From Histomonas meleagridis 2922-C6/04-290x (Eukaryota; Protista; Parabasalia), in assembly GCA_020184695.1 (NCBI GenBank), contig JAANOX010000061.1:124001-188000 (forward strand): a DNA stretch of 64,000 nucleotides, read 5' to 3'. The notes below the pieces were generated by a model that saw only the letters and a program-made list of their open reading frames with translations, had not been told where the DNA came from and ran no database searches. The first letter of the stretch is position 1. Every line of letters starts with the position of its first letter. The position numbers were made by a program, and so were the translations under genes. Positions 1-11,560 of the stretch are shown here, piece after piece.

Positions 1-250
1 TACATACATACATACATACATACATACATACCTACATACATACATACATACATACATACATACATACATACATACATACATACATACATACATACATACA
101 TACATACATACATACATACATACATACATACATACATACACACATACATACATACATACATACATACATACATACATACATACATACATACATACATACA
201 TACATACATACATACATACATACATACATACATACATACATACATACATA
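1..250. repeat. (TACA)n / (TATG)n tetranucleotide tandem repeat, about 62 units, starting at the window edge
   Basis: Read directly: near-perfect TACA units from base 1 to 250 with two variant units (near 31 and 141). It may continue beyond the window. Confidence 0.98.
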
Positions 251-1076
251 AATTTCAAATCGCAAAGGGTAATATCTTTAGTATTAATGTCAATTTCTTA
301 CTCTGAATTTTTTTTTCAACTTGATTTATTTATCTAAACCCCATGCAAATCTCTCAATACACATGAATTGAACTCAAAATAAACTAAAAAATGTTTATAA
401 TTTTCTAACAGCATAAGGCTTTTTTGGGACACAACCTTGGTTAATTAACCAATAAAGGTTATTGTTGTTTCATGAAATGAAACGACAACTGAGTGGACCG
501 TTAAAAAATCTTTTGAAAAAGTGCTTTTATTTCAATACTTTATGTGAATACAATTGAAATACCAAAATAAAACAGAAATACCTTTTACAAAAATTAATTT
601 ATAAACTAATATATGCTATTAAAAAATATAACTATTTATGTATATTATAATTTCTAAAAATGATTAGAAATTATAAGAAAAATCGATCGGAGCATTTCCT
701 TCGATTGATGATCAGGAAAATCCCATTTTAATCAATCTAATTTTATATAGATTAAATTAAATATAGTTTTTATATTTAATTATTTCCTACATCTCATTAA
801 TCAATTGGGAAAAAAATATTTCAAAAAAAATTCGAATTTCATAAGTTATCATTTTTTTCTAGCCACTATTTTGCTTCTTTTATATAATACATTTTGTGAG
901 CATATATTCTAAATCTAGGCTATTAAAACATATTAAGATGAAATTTGTTCCAGGTGGTTAAGACTTTGACCTCAACAACAAGAAATCAGAAAGAACTACT
1001 TCAAAAAATAATTCAGAGGTTTAATCAAAAAGTGATGTGATTTCTTCCTCTTTGTGGAAAAGAGTCAAACTTCATA

Positions 1077-2600
1077 ATGATAGGTTATAAAAACATCAAG
1101 CTATTGAAAAATACTAAGAGTAGTCGCATTATATCTGAACAAGAAGAAAATGATAATCTTAGCCAAGATCAGTACGATTTTCTAATGGTACCTGAAAATT
1201 TCACTAACAACATAAATCAATACCTGCAAATAATAATTGAATATCTTCAAAGTGGTAAAGATATTTCTCGCTTGCCAAAAAAAGTTATCATGATAATATT
1301 TACAAATACATCAATAGAATTTGTAGAGCCAATTTTCTATGTTATTGAAAAGATTCTTGAAAAAAGCGAGGAGTATTGTCATAGTATTCTTCCAACCTAT
1401 CTTCAATATCTAATTTCGTATGTCGCCATTGATAAACCGATACCAATTGGTGTTACCAACAAAGCACTTACTATTCTTCTCCAAATTGGGGTTGACAAGC
1501 CCTCAATTTTCGGCTCAATTCCACATAAAATTTTCCAAGATTTTTTCAATTTGATATATAAATTTTATAATACATTTTTCGACTATAATCCCAATGCCAA
1601 GAAGCCAATATTTGAATCGCGTGAAATGCTTAATGAATATGTTGAGACTGTTATCAAATCGTTTGAACTTATCATTCATTTTTATGTCCATTATCCTAGT
1701 AAATGCCCAGAAGAAAATATACATCCAGGCACGCGCATCTCAGCATCTCTTACGAACATTCTCAACCTTGAAAAGATCGATGGTGTTCCTCCAGATATTG
1801 GTGTTGAAGTTGCTCAGCAATTTATTAAACATGGCATTGGTTGTGTCCATAATTTAACGAAAGGCAATTTAATTAAAAAAGACTTAAACTTTCCAATTGC
1901 TCCACCACTATTAGATGCTGTTCTTAAGAATTTACAGAATCCTGATCAAATAATTGTAGGTGAAGCATTAAAAACGTTAGTAGCTGCATGTGAAATGCAT
2001 CATTTATCTTCGGAATATATTATAACGTCGGAAAGCTTTTTGCAATTTTCGCCAATAGAACTCAAGGAGGATATATATAAAATCCATTTTTGTAACATAT
2101 GGGCTGAATCAATATACCAATACACAAGAGTACAAGGTAATTCACTCTTCCCAGCACTTGGCGAAGTGACTTTAGTTAACATAAAGAAGTTCTCAGAAGA
2201 TGTCTTAAAATTAGCGCTGGACTTACTAAAAGAAAGATTCGAAATAGCAAGCGCTGCATCTTTGATAATTATGGCATACTTTAACCTAAATGATGCTGAA
2301 ATCACAAAGTTCATTTTGGACAAAATCGATGACTTCGAAAACGTTGTAATTTCATATTTCAGCGCCCAAAGTGATAACGGAAAATTGCTCTTTATAAAGG
2401 CATTAGGCCATTTAATAAACTATACCCAAAAGTTGGCCGAAGATGATCAACATAGTACTGTCGCAAGGAACTTGGTGGAAAATGGTCTAATCGGCGAATT
2501 GAACAATATCGAACTGGGAGTAGAATCCAAGGAACTGATGGAATTCGCTCACGCTTTAAGTGAAGAACTGAAGGGAGCAGTTGGCGGTGATGAAGAATAA
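1077..2600 (+). CDS. Hypothetical 507-aa protein, probably an ARM/HEAT-like helical solenoid
   Basis: Long ATG-initiated ORF ending in TAAA. Leu/Ile-rich amphipathic helical pattern. No diagnostic motif recognised. Confidence 0.6.
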   Translation: MIGYKNIKLLKNTKSSRIISEQEENDNLSQDQYDFLMVPENFTNNINQYLQIIIEYLQSGKDISRLPKKVIMIIFTNTSIEFVEPIFYVIEKILEKSEEYCHSILPTYLQYLISYVAIDKPIPIGVTNKALTILLQIGVDKPSIFGSIPHKIFQDFFNLIYKFYNTFFDYNPNAKKPIFESREMLNEYVETVIKSFELIIHFYVHYPSKCPEENIHPGTRISASLTNILNLEKIDGVPPDIGVEVAQQFIKHGIGCVHNLTKGNLIKKDLNFPIAPPLLDAVLKNLQNPDQIIVGEALKTLVAACEMHHLSSEYIITSESFLQFSPIELKEDIYKIHFCNIWAESIYQYTRVQGNSLFPALGEVTLVNIKKFSEDVLKLALDLLKERFEIASAASLIIMAYFNLNDAEITKFILDKIDDFENVVISYFSAQSDNGKLLFIKALGHLINYTQKLAEDDQHSTVARNLVENGLIGELNNIELGVESKELMEFAHALSEELKGAVGGDEE

Positions 2601-2662
2601 ATAAATTTCTGCTTTTCGTTAAAATTTATTTTTCTTTGGTGATCTGAACGATAGAGAATTCT

Positions 2663-4501
2663 ATGATCCCAGAGCGGTTTTGCCCAGAAAAGATATTATC
2701 GTTTCATAGAAAAACTATCGTTGAAGTGCTCAATTCGGCCGTTAACTTTTCGAACAGAGTTGTGTCAATTTTCTTTTCAAAAATGGGGGAAATCAATGCA
2801 ATTAGTGAATTACTAAATGATATTAAGGCATACGTTCAATCAAATGAAGAGAAGGCAACAGAGTTCTCACTTTTATCTCAACAAATTGAAGAAACAAAAA
2901 AATTATCAAACGATACTTATAATAGAATTTTATTATTAGTTTCTGATAACCCTGAATTGGAAGACGCAGTTAAGAAGGTTTCTTTTCTTTTTGAACAATC
3001 AGAATCAATTATTGAAATAGTTAGTCAATTGATTAAAGAATTTCAAGGTGACACCGAACAATTTAGTAGAATTTCTTATATTGTTTCGCTTTTTGTTGAA
3101 GAATTTATTGACTACAATTTTCTTGAATATTTTATTCATTCCATAGTTGATCAAACCAATCCATTAGTTGATGATTTATTACAAAAATTAAAACAATATC
3201 TAAATGAAAAGCAAACACAACTTAATCATCTTCATTTGCCAAGCAAACCCAAGAACTCCATTCCAGGCTTCTCATCACAATCGACCGTTTATTCCCCATC
3301 ATTGAATTTTCTCATTCAAATTTCAGTACTCTTAACGGACGAATTCCAATTGAAAGCACTTCAATACATGAAATTATTTGGATATAATCTTATATCATTT
3401 GAAGCAGCAAATAATCTTTTTAAGATTTTGCATCCATATTTAACGACTTCTTTTTCACGTTTTGTGATGAATGAAGGTGTTGAACAATCATCTTTTATTC
3501 CCACAATAATATATCAAAAGTTATCCGAAAAGATAACACAAATGCAATGTGAATGGGCACTTGGGAAACATATTTATTCTAAATTAAAATCGGAAACAAT
3601 TGAACCACCGACATTACTTGAATATTTTAACAAGAAGGAATTAGAAAAGAAGCGAAAACTTATAAAAGAAGAAGAAAAAGGTATACAATATATCTATGAA
3701 ATGCAAAGTTATGAATATTATAAAACGATTTTATTAATATCAAAATCGATCCAACAAAATGAAAAACTTCAATTTCAACTTATCGAAATTGTTTCGACAA
3801 CAATTTTTGGTAAAGATAACATAAATTCTTTTATCAATTTACCAAATTTCCCAAAGATGTTATATCGGAAATGCGTTGAATATGGAGCGGAATCATTTAA
3901 AAACGAATTAAATAACATCAAAACTAAGTTACAAATGTTAGAGCCAATTTCTTTAGAATTTCGAACATTATATTATAAAAGATATAAAACAAATTTTGTG
4001 ACTCAAGAATTATTATTTTTGGGTCATAAATTTGAGTTTTTCGATGGGATTAAATATATTTCACTTGCTTTAAATGTTTTAAATGATTTTATTTCTCATT
4101 TTAAAACATTCGATTTAAAGAAATTTAAGGCATTTAAAAAAATGATAAATTCAAATAATGAATATGATTTGGATACAAATGCAACACTTTCTGTTTTTTA
4201 TTTTTGTTCTTTTGTGAAATTAATTACGGATAATAAAAATTGCGCTGAAAATGAAATTAAAAAAATCGCTGAGTTGTGCTTTGAAGAAAGTCCGCCTTTT
4301 AAGGAATTCGAAATGAGTCATTTAGCAAATGTGGACATATTGTTAAAACAATGCGCAAAACATATTAACATAACTAATGAGGAAATGTTTTTGAATAGAG
4401 ATGAATTGTTAGTGAGCGGTGAACTAATGTTCCATGTGTCAATTAGCGAAATAGGCGTGAACGTGTCTAAGGGAACACCCAACGTATTTGTTACACTTTA
4501 A
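2663..4501 (+). CDS. Hypothetical 612-aa helical protein
   Basis: Long ORF with an N-terminal coiled-coil-like segment. No family recognised. Confidence 0.7.
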   Translation: MIPERFCPEKILSFHRKTIVEVLNSAVNFSNRVVSIFFSKMGEINAISELLNDIKAYVQSNEEKATEFSLLSQQIEETKKLSNDTYNRILLLVSDNPELEDAVKKVSFLFEQSESIIEIVSQLIKEFQGDTEQFSRISYIVSLFVEEFIDYNFLEYFIHSIVDQTNPLVDDLLQKLKQYLNEKQTQLNHLHLPSKPKNSIPGFSSQSTVYSPSLNFLIQISVLLTDEFQLKALQYMKLFGYNLISFEAANNLFKILHPYLTTSFSRFVMNEGVEQSSFIPTIIYQKLSEKITQMQCEWALGKHIYSKLKSETIEPPTLLEYFNKKELEKKRKLIKEEEKGIQYIYEMQSYEYYKTILLISKSIQQNEKLQFQLIEIVSTTIFGKDNINSFINLPNFPKMLYRKCVEYGAESFKNELNNIKTKLQMLEPISLEFRTLYYKRYKTNFVTQELLFLGHKFEFFDGIKYISLALNVLNDFISHFKTFDLKKFKAFKKMINSNNEYDLDTNATLSVFYFCSFVKLITDNKNCAENEIKKIAELCFEESPPFKEFEMSHLANVDILLKQCAKHINITNEEMFLNRDELLVSGELMFHVSISEIGVNVSKGTPNVFVTL

Positions 4502-4642
4502 ACATAATAAACAACTTATAAATTTTACTTGTTTTAATTATTAATAAAGATTTAAAAAAAAAGTCTAATCACAGATTTAATGATAGTTTATATTATTTGT
4601 TTATCCCGCATAGTATATTGCATTGCAATGTACCACATAGAA

Positions 4643-6007
4643 CTACTTAATTTTGGAATTAATTTCATTGATTCTCTCTGATAGACCAGGCGAAAGCTCT
4701 TCATTCCTGAAATTGGTAATATACTTCACTGCTGCAGATAACAGCATGCAAGAATGCTTTAGAAGTGGAGGAAGTTTGTTGGAATATTGTTCAACATATG
4801 TCATTATTCCTTCGGAGTTACTTGGTGGATTTGCTACCAACAAAGAAATGAAAATGTTAAACAGGTTGTCAAAGTCCAATGGTATAAATGCATTATTATT
4901 ATTATCATTGACATAATTCTGAATCATTGCGATAGCTTCGTGAAGAATGTAAGCAATATCGAATATATTCAACACAAATTCTAGTGATGATATTATTTTG
5001 ATAATTTGTCCTAGTGCTTGGTCATGATCAAGAAAATCGATGAGCGGGGTATCCCGATGATCGTCTTTGACGAAACTTTTTGGAAGGTTTAGTTCGTTCG
5101 GAGTCAATTTTTGAATGAGTATTGAATTTCGAGTGAAGTCGTTGTTGAACAGTGATAAAATTGGGCTGTATGTGTATAAGCAATCAAAAACATAACGAAA
5201 TACGGTTATCCGAATAACTTTCTTCTGTGTAGGATCAGTTACTTCGATGTCATCAAGAAGTTCATTAATAACTGTGTTGCATAGATGATTGTTTTTCTCC
5301 TTGTTTTCTTTTGATTGTTCAAACTGCTCAGAAACAAGAGATTTGGCTACTTGAATTACTCTGACCTTTCTTGGAGAGTTGTCAATATGGTTATGGAAAA
5401 TCACATCAAAATGAGAATATGGACAATATTCAATTTGGGAAATAAAGTTGCTTGTAGCCACTTCTATTTCAGCTTTAATTCTCTCAGCATCATAGTCTGG
5501 ATAAAGTCTTGTATCTTTATAGAAATTGATTTTTGCTTTGGTCGATTTTTTTCGGAATTGATATTTTGTTAAGTACTTATCAGCGCATATAGATTCCAAG
5601 TACTTTTTAAACTGAACCTCATCAAATAAAACAGGGATTGTATTGTCAATAAAAAATTGTAGATAAGATAAAACAAATTGTACTAAAGATATACAATTGG
5701 TATATATTTCTCGGCTTATAGTGTATACTTTACGTGATGCCTTTGCATGTTTTTTCCTTAAGAAAACAATTTCTTTCTTCTCATTTTGAAATACAATTGG
5801 ACCGCTCTTACATTTTGTTAATTTTGTTGCATGCTTGCTTATTCGATTTTCATATTCAGTGCATAGGTTATTAAGAAAAACTTGATGATTTTTGGTCTTT
5901 TTCATTAAATCTCTAATTTTTGGTGATAAGGGATTTTCTATATCAAATAATTTCGAAAGGTTATTTGGGATTGGAGGGAATTCAATAGCTTTGTAATTTT
6001 CCCCCAT
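4643..6007 (-). CDS. Hypothetical 454-aa protein with a C-terminal VPS9-like domain
   Basis: Long ORF. The C-terminal PLDFDNLFNIFISLLVANPP...LKHSCMLLSAAVKYI resembles VPS9 (Rab5 GEF) helices. Confidence 0.5.
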   Translation of the reverse strand: MGENYKAIEFPPIPNNLSKLFDIENPLSPKIRDLMKKTKNHQVFLNNLCTEYENRISKHATKLTKCKSGPIVFQNEKKEIVFLRKKHAKASRKVYTISREIYTNCISLVQFVLSYLQFFIDNTIPVLFDEVQFKKYLESICADKYLTKYQFRKKSTKAKINFYKDTRLYPDYDAERIKAEIEVATSNFISQIEYCPYSHFDVIFHNHIDNSPRKVRVIQVAKSLVSEQFEQSKENKEKNNHLCNTVINELLDDIEVTDPTQKKVIRITVFRYVFDCLYTYSPILSLFNNDFTRNSILIQKLTPNELNLPKSFVKDDHRDTPLIDFLDHDQALGQIIKIISSLEFVLNIFDIAYILHEAIAMIQNYVNDNNNNAFIPLDFDNLFNIFISLLVANPPSNSEGIMTYVEQYSNKLPPLLKHSCMLLSAAVKYITNFRNEELSPGLSERINEINSKIK

Positions 6008-6667
6008 TGTTTCTTCGCTCCAAATTTAGCAGGTGCCTGCTTCGGGTTGATTTTGTAAACAGATAAAGTTCGCAAAAATTGATTCGACAACGATAGCCCA
6101 TTTGTATCGTAATTAACCAATCGAGTTTTTATTTTGATATCTAAATCTTTATCTTATATATTTTTTCTTAAAAATGCATGTGCTATGTTATGATGGGTTA
6201 ATTTTATTAAATTCTTTCAAGTCAAAATTTTTCATCCTATCATTTAATTAAATTTAACGCTTATAAAAATTTGTTTTAAAAACTTCTCTGCACCAAAATG
6301 GATAAACATGAACTCGTTGGTGTTTCATGTCATTACAAAAAGCAAATTATATACTTCATTTTTTTATTTATCTTTTGAACAAATTTGACAAAATAGTTTA
6401 ATTAATGATTAATTCGATAATGCCTTCTTTAAATATCAAGAAACGGAATGCCATATTTTCCGGAAAATTCGATTCTAAATCATACGTGATCAGTATGAAT
6501 AAATTTTAAAATTAACAACGTTTGGACTCATAATATTTCCCAGATCTTTAGGATTCCTTATTTTGTTTTTCTCAGCAATTTAAATTCTTATTTGAAAAAA
6601 AAAACTTCACTGGGAAATCTTTCGTCAATACGAAGGAAGATTTCGGTTATATTTACAAAAACCTTTG

Positions 6668-7264
6668 ATGTCGGACGAAGCAGCACCAGTCCAGTTAACC
6701 GAAGGTGTAATATTTGATCAAAGTCTAGCGGATGCAAAAGCCATTGAAGGTAGAAATCAGTTCTTGACCTTTTGTGTTGTCTTGGTTTGTATTCTTTGTT
6801 TTTTTGGTCGCTTGATATATGGTGGAATTTACTGGGGCATTCTGAATGAAAGCCAACCAAGATGGAACGACGACCGATCACCAAGCGCACTCCGCTCTTT
6901 GCAAATGCATGCTCTTTTGCAATGGGTTTTTTGTTTATGCGTTCCTTTTGGAAGCTTTATTTGCACATGCATTATTATCGGAAACACCAAGCAAGCTCAG
7001 TGTGAAAATTACAAGTTATTGCTTATAGATACAAATCAAACAGATCATCAATACTTTGAAGAACTCTCAAGTTACATGAATCAAACTGTAAGCACTGATC
7101 TTACATTAGATGAACAACTTGATGAATATATGTACAAGAGATGTCGGGCGCCTCATATTGCTTTTAGTGTATTTCTCCCATTTCACATTGTTTTTAATCT
7201 TGCTGCTATTTTCTGTTGTTTTCGCTTTTGGTTATGCGGTCACTTTAACCCATTATATAAGTAA
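6668..7264 (+). CDS. Small multi-pass membrane protein
   Basis: First ATG at 6668 (the track start at 6665 is TTG). Three hydrophobic Cys-rich segments. Confidence 0.65.
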   Translation: MSDEAAPVQLTEGVIFDQSLADAKAIEGRNQFLTFCVVLVCILCFFGRLIYGGIYWGILNESQPRWNDDRSPSALRSLQMHALLQWVFCLCVPFGSFICTCIIIGNTKQAQCENYKLLLIDTNQTDHQYFEELSSYMNQTVSTDLTLDEQLDEYMYKRCRAPHIAFSVFLPFHIVFNLAAIFCCFRFWLCGHFNPLYK

Positions 7265-7749
7265 ATGGCATAAAAGGTTGTTGTTATAAATTTTAATCAT
7301 GTATACTATATTTTTATGGTTAATATTAATCGGAAATTATTTCATTATATTTAAAACATATTGTTATATCTTCAAATTCTCGAACAAAAAAAGTATGTTT
7401 ATCCTAAGATTCATGTTTAATCGATATAAATTGTTAAATGTATTTTAAACATATGATAAAATTCATTGGAATGTATCCAATGAAGTTTGAAGTCTGTTTT
7501 CCTTTAGGATTGTCGGAAATGCTGTGTCCATAAAATTTTCATTTTTAAGACTAAGATAAATCTGTTTCGAGATTTTAAATCACTACAAAATGAATAAAAA
7601 TATAATGTTACATTAAAGTTAAGAAACACTTTCTTTTCTTCTGTGTTTATAAAAATAAACGGTTTAATGTTCTATCGGCGCCCACAAACATCGCAAACTG
7701 TAATTTTTTTTTTTTTTTGAGACTTTGTAACGAGTTATAGTTTTCTCAA

Positions 7750-8856
7750 ATGGATACTAATCTAGAAATGAATGAACTTGATGAGGAAGGCCAGAAAGCT
7801 ACTGTTGACAGAGAAGCAGGTGATTTTGATGATTTCAATCATCGACATTCTGCGACGCCAGGAGTTACACATGTAGGTGATTCTTCATCACATTTTAGGT
7901 TCTCTGTTGGTGACTTGATACCAATATTGGTTCCTACATTTTTAATTGTTTTTTTCACAATCCTTTTCTTTTGCTCATTTTTTATCCCACGCAGTGAATA
8001 TCTTGAAGCCAAAAAACAGAATCCTGAACTTGATTTCTTTGAAATGCCCACCACTCCCCTTGCAATATATTGGACTTATTATTGTATCATAATTATTTTT
8101 CTTATAACAATACCATTAAATGTGTATTTTTTCACAATATCAACTCCATGGATAATTTTATCAATTTTACCATTTTTTGCTATAGCCACTTTTATTTTTG
8201 CCCTTGTGAGTCCCATAGAAATTAGCGATATTGAAATTGTTGATAATGCATTTAGTCATAACTTTGCGCAAAGTTATGCATCATATGAAAGTGGCATTAA
8301 TGATATGATTAATCAGCTTCCATATTTGGAAGTAGGCTTTACAGGTACTTCTGTTCAAACAGGTAAAGTTAAAACTTATTTTAATTGTTATCCTCCAGTT
8401 GTTCGTACATATGCAATAAACGCAACAACAACTTATTCGTTACCAAAACTTGGGAATTACTCATGGGTATACACTAAACTAAATGCAACATATTCAGAAG
8501 AAGTTTTGGAATATTTAAATCGGTTCCGTGAATTATATCGAAAACATTTGCCTACATTCGATCAAAACGGAAGAGAAATTACATGGACTGACATTAGTGG
8601 ATATAAAATGAAGACTTATAATCCAGATATTGTTTTAATCAAAAGGAAAGAATTATCTGGTAAACTAAGTCCTGCTGTGGGCAAAACAATGATTACTTTT
8701 TGGGCTGGACTTGGTTATGTTTATAGGTTGATGGCTATTCCGATATATCATTCAGTAGTTACAAAAGCAAATATTGTCATTAATATTACAGTGGATGATG
8801 TCCCAAAAGAAGGTGACCTATTCTATTATACTTTGGATTCAATAAAATGTGGATAA
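7750..8856 (+). CDS. Multi-pass membrane protein, 368 aa
   Basis: ATG-initiated ORF with three N-terminal hydrophobic segments and a further one near the C-terminus. Confidence 0.7.
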   Translation: MDTNLEMNELDEEGQKATVDREAGDFDDFNHRHSATPGVTHVGDSSSHFRFSVGDLIPILVPTFLIVFFTILFFCSFFIPRSEYLEAKKQNPELDFFEMPTTPLAIYWTYYCIIIIFLITIPLNVYFFTISTPWIILSILPFFAIATFIFALVSPIEISDIEIVDNAFSHNFAQSYASYESGINDMINQLPYLEVGFTGTSVQTGKVKTYFNCYPPVVRTYAINATTTYSLPKLGNYSWVYTKLNATYSEEVLEYLNRFRELYRKHLPTFDQNGREITWTDISGYKMKTYNPDIVLIKRKELSGKLSPAVGKTMITFWAGLGYVYRLMAIPIYHSVVTKANIVINITVDDVPKEGDLFYYTLDSIKCG

Positions 8857-9355
8857 ATTTTTTTATGAACGTTTTGTTTTTTTAATGTAATGACTGAAAT
8901 TTTATCCTTTCGTTTGTTTGAAAATGAACAAATTTCCATTAAATTGTGATATTAAAGAATTTCCTTCACATATGTGAATAAGAAATTATACATTTTTATT
9001 GTTATTAAAAACCTTAGTATACTATATAGTTATTCTTCTTTTAATATAGTCAAGTTCATTTCAAAATACTAATTACTATGTCTTTTTTTAAGTATGATAT
9101 TCAACTGCATTTCCAAATTTTTGGTTATAGCATGAATATATATAACGAAAAATTGAGCACATAACAAAATAATATAAAATATGTTCAATAACATTTGTTA
9201 ATCCATTAAGCGAAGAAATAAAAAGTTGTTTACAGGGAACTGATCAAGACAACAGTTTATAACCGTAAAAGGCACACAATCTCTGATCGTGGGAACCGTT
9301 TTAAACTGAAAATTTTCCCGTAAATTAAGAATTGTATCAAAAAGTGGACTTTAAA

Positions 9356-11140
9356 ATGTTTCCAGCATTCCACATCCCTTCGATCGATGAATGTTCAACG
9401 TGGGATTTCCAGAACAACAACATTGCGGATACATTGAACACTATGGAGGATGTTTATAACCGTGGGTTAATTAATCAAATTGTCAATTTGGTTGATTTCG
9501 CGACTCGTTTATTTAAGGATATCAATGTAGATATGGTAAAGCTAACAGCGCGTGTCGCACGTATTTCATCCTTTATAGAAACATTCCAACAAAACGCATC
9601 TGTTTCAATTGGAAATTTACAAAAGAGAAATATCGACTCTTTCTCAAAGCCTGGAACTCCTGTACCAATACAGTTCATCGACAACTCCGAGAATCTTCCT
9701 GGTCAATATCATGCCAGCGTTTTATCAATTATTCCAGAGCCAAAGAAAGATGTTACATTCGATAGTTGGACCGGCGTACAAGAAATTCCAGATCCAAAGC
9801 AACTCGAACAATACATTACTGATCCCGGATTTTTCAGGAGACAATATATCGAAGAACTTGGAAAACAATGCGAAATCCAAGAAGCCACTCAAACAAAAGA
9901 AAAGGCTCCTCAACGCGTACGTTCTTCCAGGAAATTAGTTTCTATGGAAGAATCAACTGCAATATTACATGCATTTACAGGTCAAGTTCCAAGGCAAGAA
10001 ACTGTTTTGGTTGTTCCTCCACCACCAGGCGATCCAAACTGGCGTCAATCCATCAAGCAGCAAGCCAGAAGAAAACAACAAAATCAAGCAACACATACTC
10101 AAACAGTTATCTCATATGATGAAGATGATTCTGTTGTTGTTGGAAGTTCCCCTGAGCGCTCTGCCCAAAGTTACAATCGATCATCAGAAATCCCTCAATC
10201 AAGCATCACCTTCCCAACAAAGACTCCATCACCTAAGCAATCACCTCCTTCGCCAACTCAAACCACTATTCCTAAGTTCCAGTCAAAGACAATAACTCCA
10301 CCTAATAAACCTGCACCCAAAGCTTCGCCTGCCCCTGCGGCGCCCGTTAAAACCGCTCCACAGGCACCCCCGCGGGCCACCCCGACATCGACACCAGCCA
10401 AATCCACACCCGCCCCGCCGGCGCCCGTTAAGCTCTCTCCAGCTGCTGGTAAAACTTTACCTCCAGAAACACCGAAACCAGCACCTGTTCAACAACCTGC
10501 TCCTAAACCAACACCTGCTCCAGAACCTGCACCAGCGCCAACACCACAGCCAACAGTTGAAGAAGAAGTTGCGCCAATTCCAATTGCAATTCCAAAGGCA
10601 ACAGTTCGTCCGACGAATGATATTGAAGACGTTCCTGCTAAACAAACTTCAAGTCATTCAAAGAAGGAAGAAACGAAGACAAAGAAGAAAGGACTCTTTA
10701 GTTTCTTCTCGAAGAAGAAAGAAAAGAAGAAAGAAAAGGCTCCATCATCATCAAAGAAAGAAAAGAAATCATCATCATCAAAATCTTCAACTCCAAGCAA
10801 ACAATCATCGAAACCAACTCCTTCAAGCAATGCTTCTTCTTCAGCTGCTGCACCTCCTCCACCTCCACCACCGCCTCCTCCACCTCCTCCGCCACCACCA
10901 CCTCCACCAACTACAGGTACGGCTTCGGAAATCTTCAAGATTAAGCCTGCAGCTGGAGGTGTTACAGATATTGCGTCTGTTACTCTTAAGAAAGTCGAAG
11001 TTGGAGAAAGACCAGCACTTCCTCAAAATGAGCAAGATGATACTTTGCTCCAAATCTTACTCCGTCGTCAGTTTATCCAAGAATCAGATGAATCAGATGA
11101 CTCTGAAGATGAAACAACAACCACATCAACATGGGATTAA
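9356..11140 (+). CDS. WAVE/SCAR-family actin nucleation-promoting factor
   Basis: N-terminal SCAR-homology-like region (INQIVNLVDFATRLFKDI...; YITDPGFF), a Pro-rich linker, a basic region and a poly-Pro tract. C-terminus has WH2-like SVTLKKVE, central LLQILLRRQFI and an acidic tail ending in W-D. First ATG at 9356. Confidence 0.85.
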   Translation: MFPAFHIPSIDECSTWDFQNNNIADTLNTMEDVYNRGLINQIVNLVDFATRLFKDINVDMVKLTARVARISSFIETFQQNASVSIGNLQKRNIDSFSKPGTPVPIQFIDNSENLPGQYHASVLSIIPEPKKDVTFDSWTGVQEIPDPKQLEQYITDPGFFRRQYIEELGKQCEIQEATQTKEKAPQRVRSSRKLVSMEESTAILHAFTGQVPRQETVLVVPPPPGDPNWRQSIKQQARRKQQNQATHTQTVISYDEDDSVVVGSSPERSAQSYNRSSEIPQSSITFPTKTPSPKQSPPSPTQTTIPKFQSKTITPPNKPAPKASPAPAAPVKTAPQAPPRATPTSTPAKSTPAPPAPVKLSPAAGKTLPPETPKPAPVQQPAPKPTPAPEPAPAPTPQPTVEEEVAPIPIAIPKATVRPTNDIEDVPAKQTSSHSKKEETKTKKKGLFSFFSKKKEKKKEKAPSSSKKEKKSSSSKSSTPSKQSSKPTPSSNASSSAAAPPPPPPPPPPPPPPPPPPPTTGTASEIFKIKPAAGGVTDIASVTLKKVEVGERPALPQNEQDDTLLQILLRRQFIQESDESDDSEDETTTTSTWD

Positions 11141-11560
11141 TTAAAGCATCAAATTTGATTCACAGAATATTTTGAATTAAAAGTGCATTTTTTTTCAATA
11201 TAGAAAATCTTCTGTATTCAAAATGAGGGAAATTTTTCCGATAATAAACTTTTGAAAAAATAACCAAAAAATTTCGAGCAAAATATTAAATTTCTCCCGA
11301 AATCTTACAATAATATTTATAATTTATATGAATTTTACATAAGAAATAAAGCATTTGTTATGAAGTTATATTATTTTTTGAAATATGAAAGGTTTTACTC
11401 TTCAAAAATGAATTTCTTTGCTCCCACATCATGCAATAAAATTAAATACTTTATGTTGAATTTCAAAATTGAACTGTGGACACACACCAATTGATACCTG
11501 TTTAACGGTTTCCGATCGATTTCTCCACAAACTGCATCGACTAAAAAAATCTGATACTCC

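Noticed and set aside
32-265. 77-aa ORF (MYVC)n
   Set aside because: Translation artefact of the (TATG)n repeat.
10457-11144. Overlapping Gly-, Arg/Trp- and Leu/His-rich ORFs
   Set aside because: Alternative-frame or antisense shadows of the poly-Pro and Lys/Ser tracts of the WAVE-like gene.
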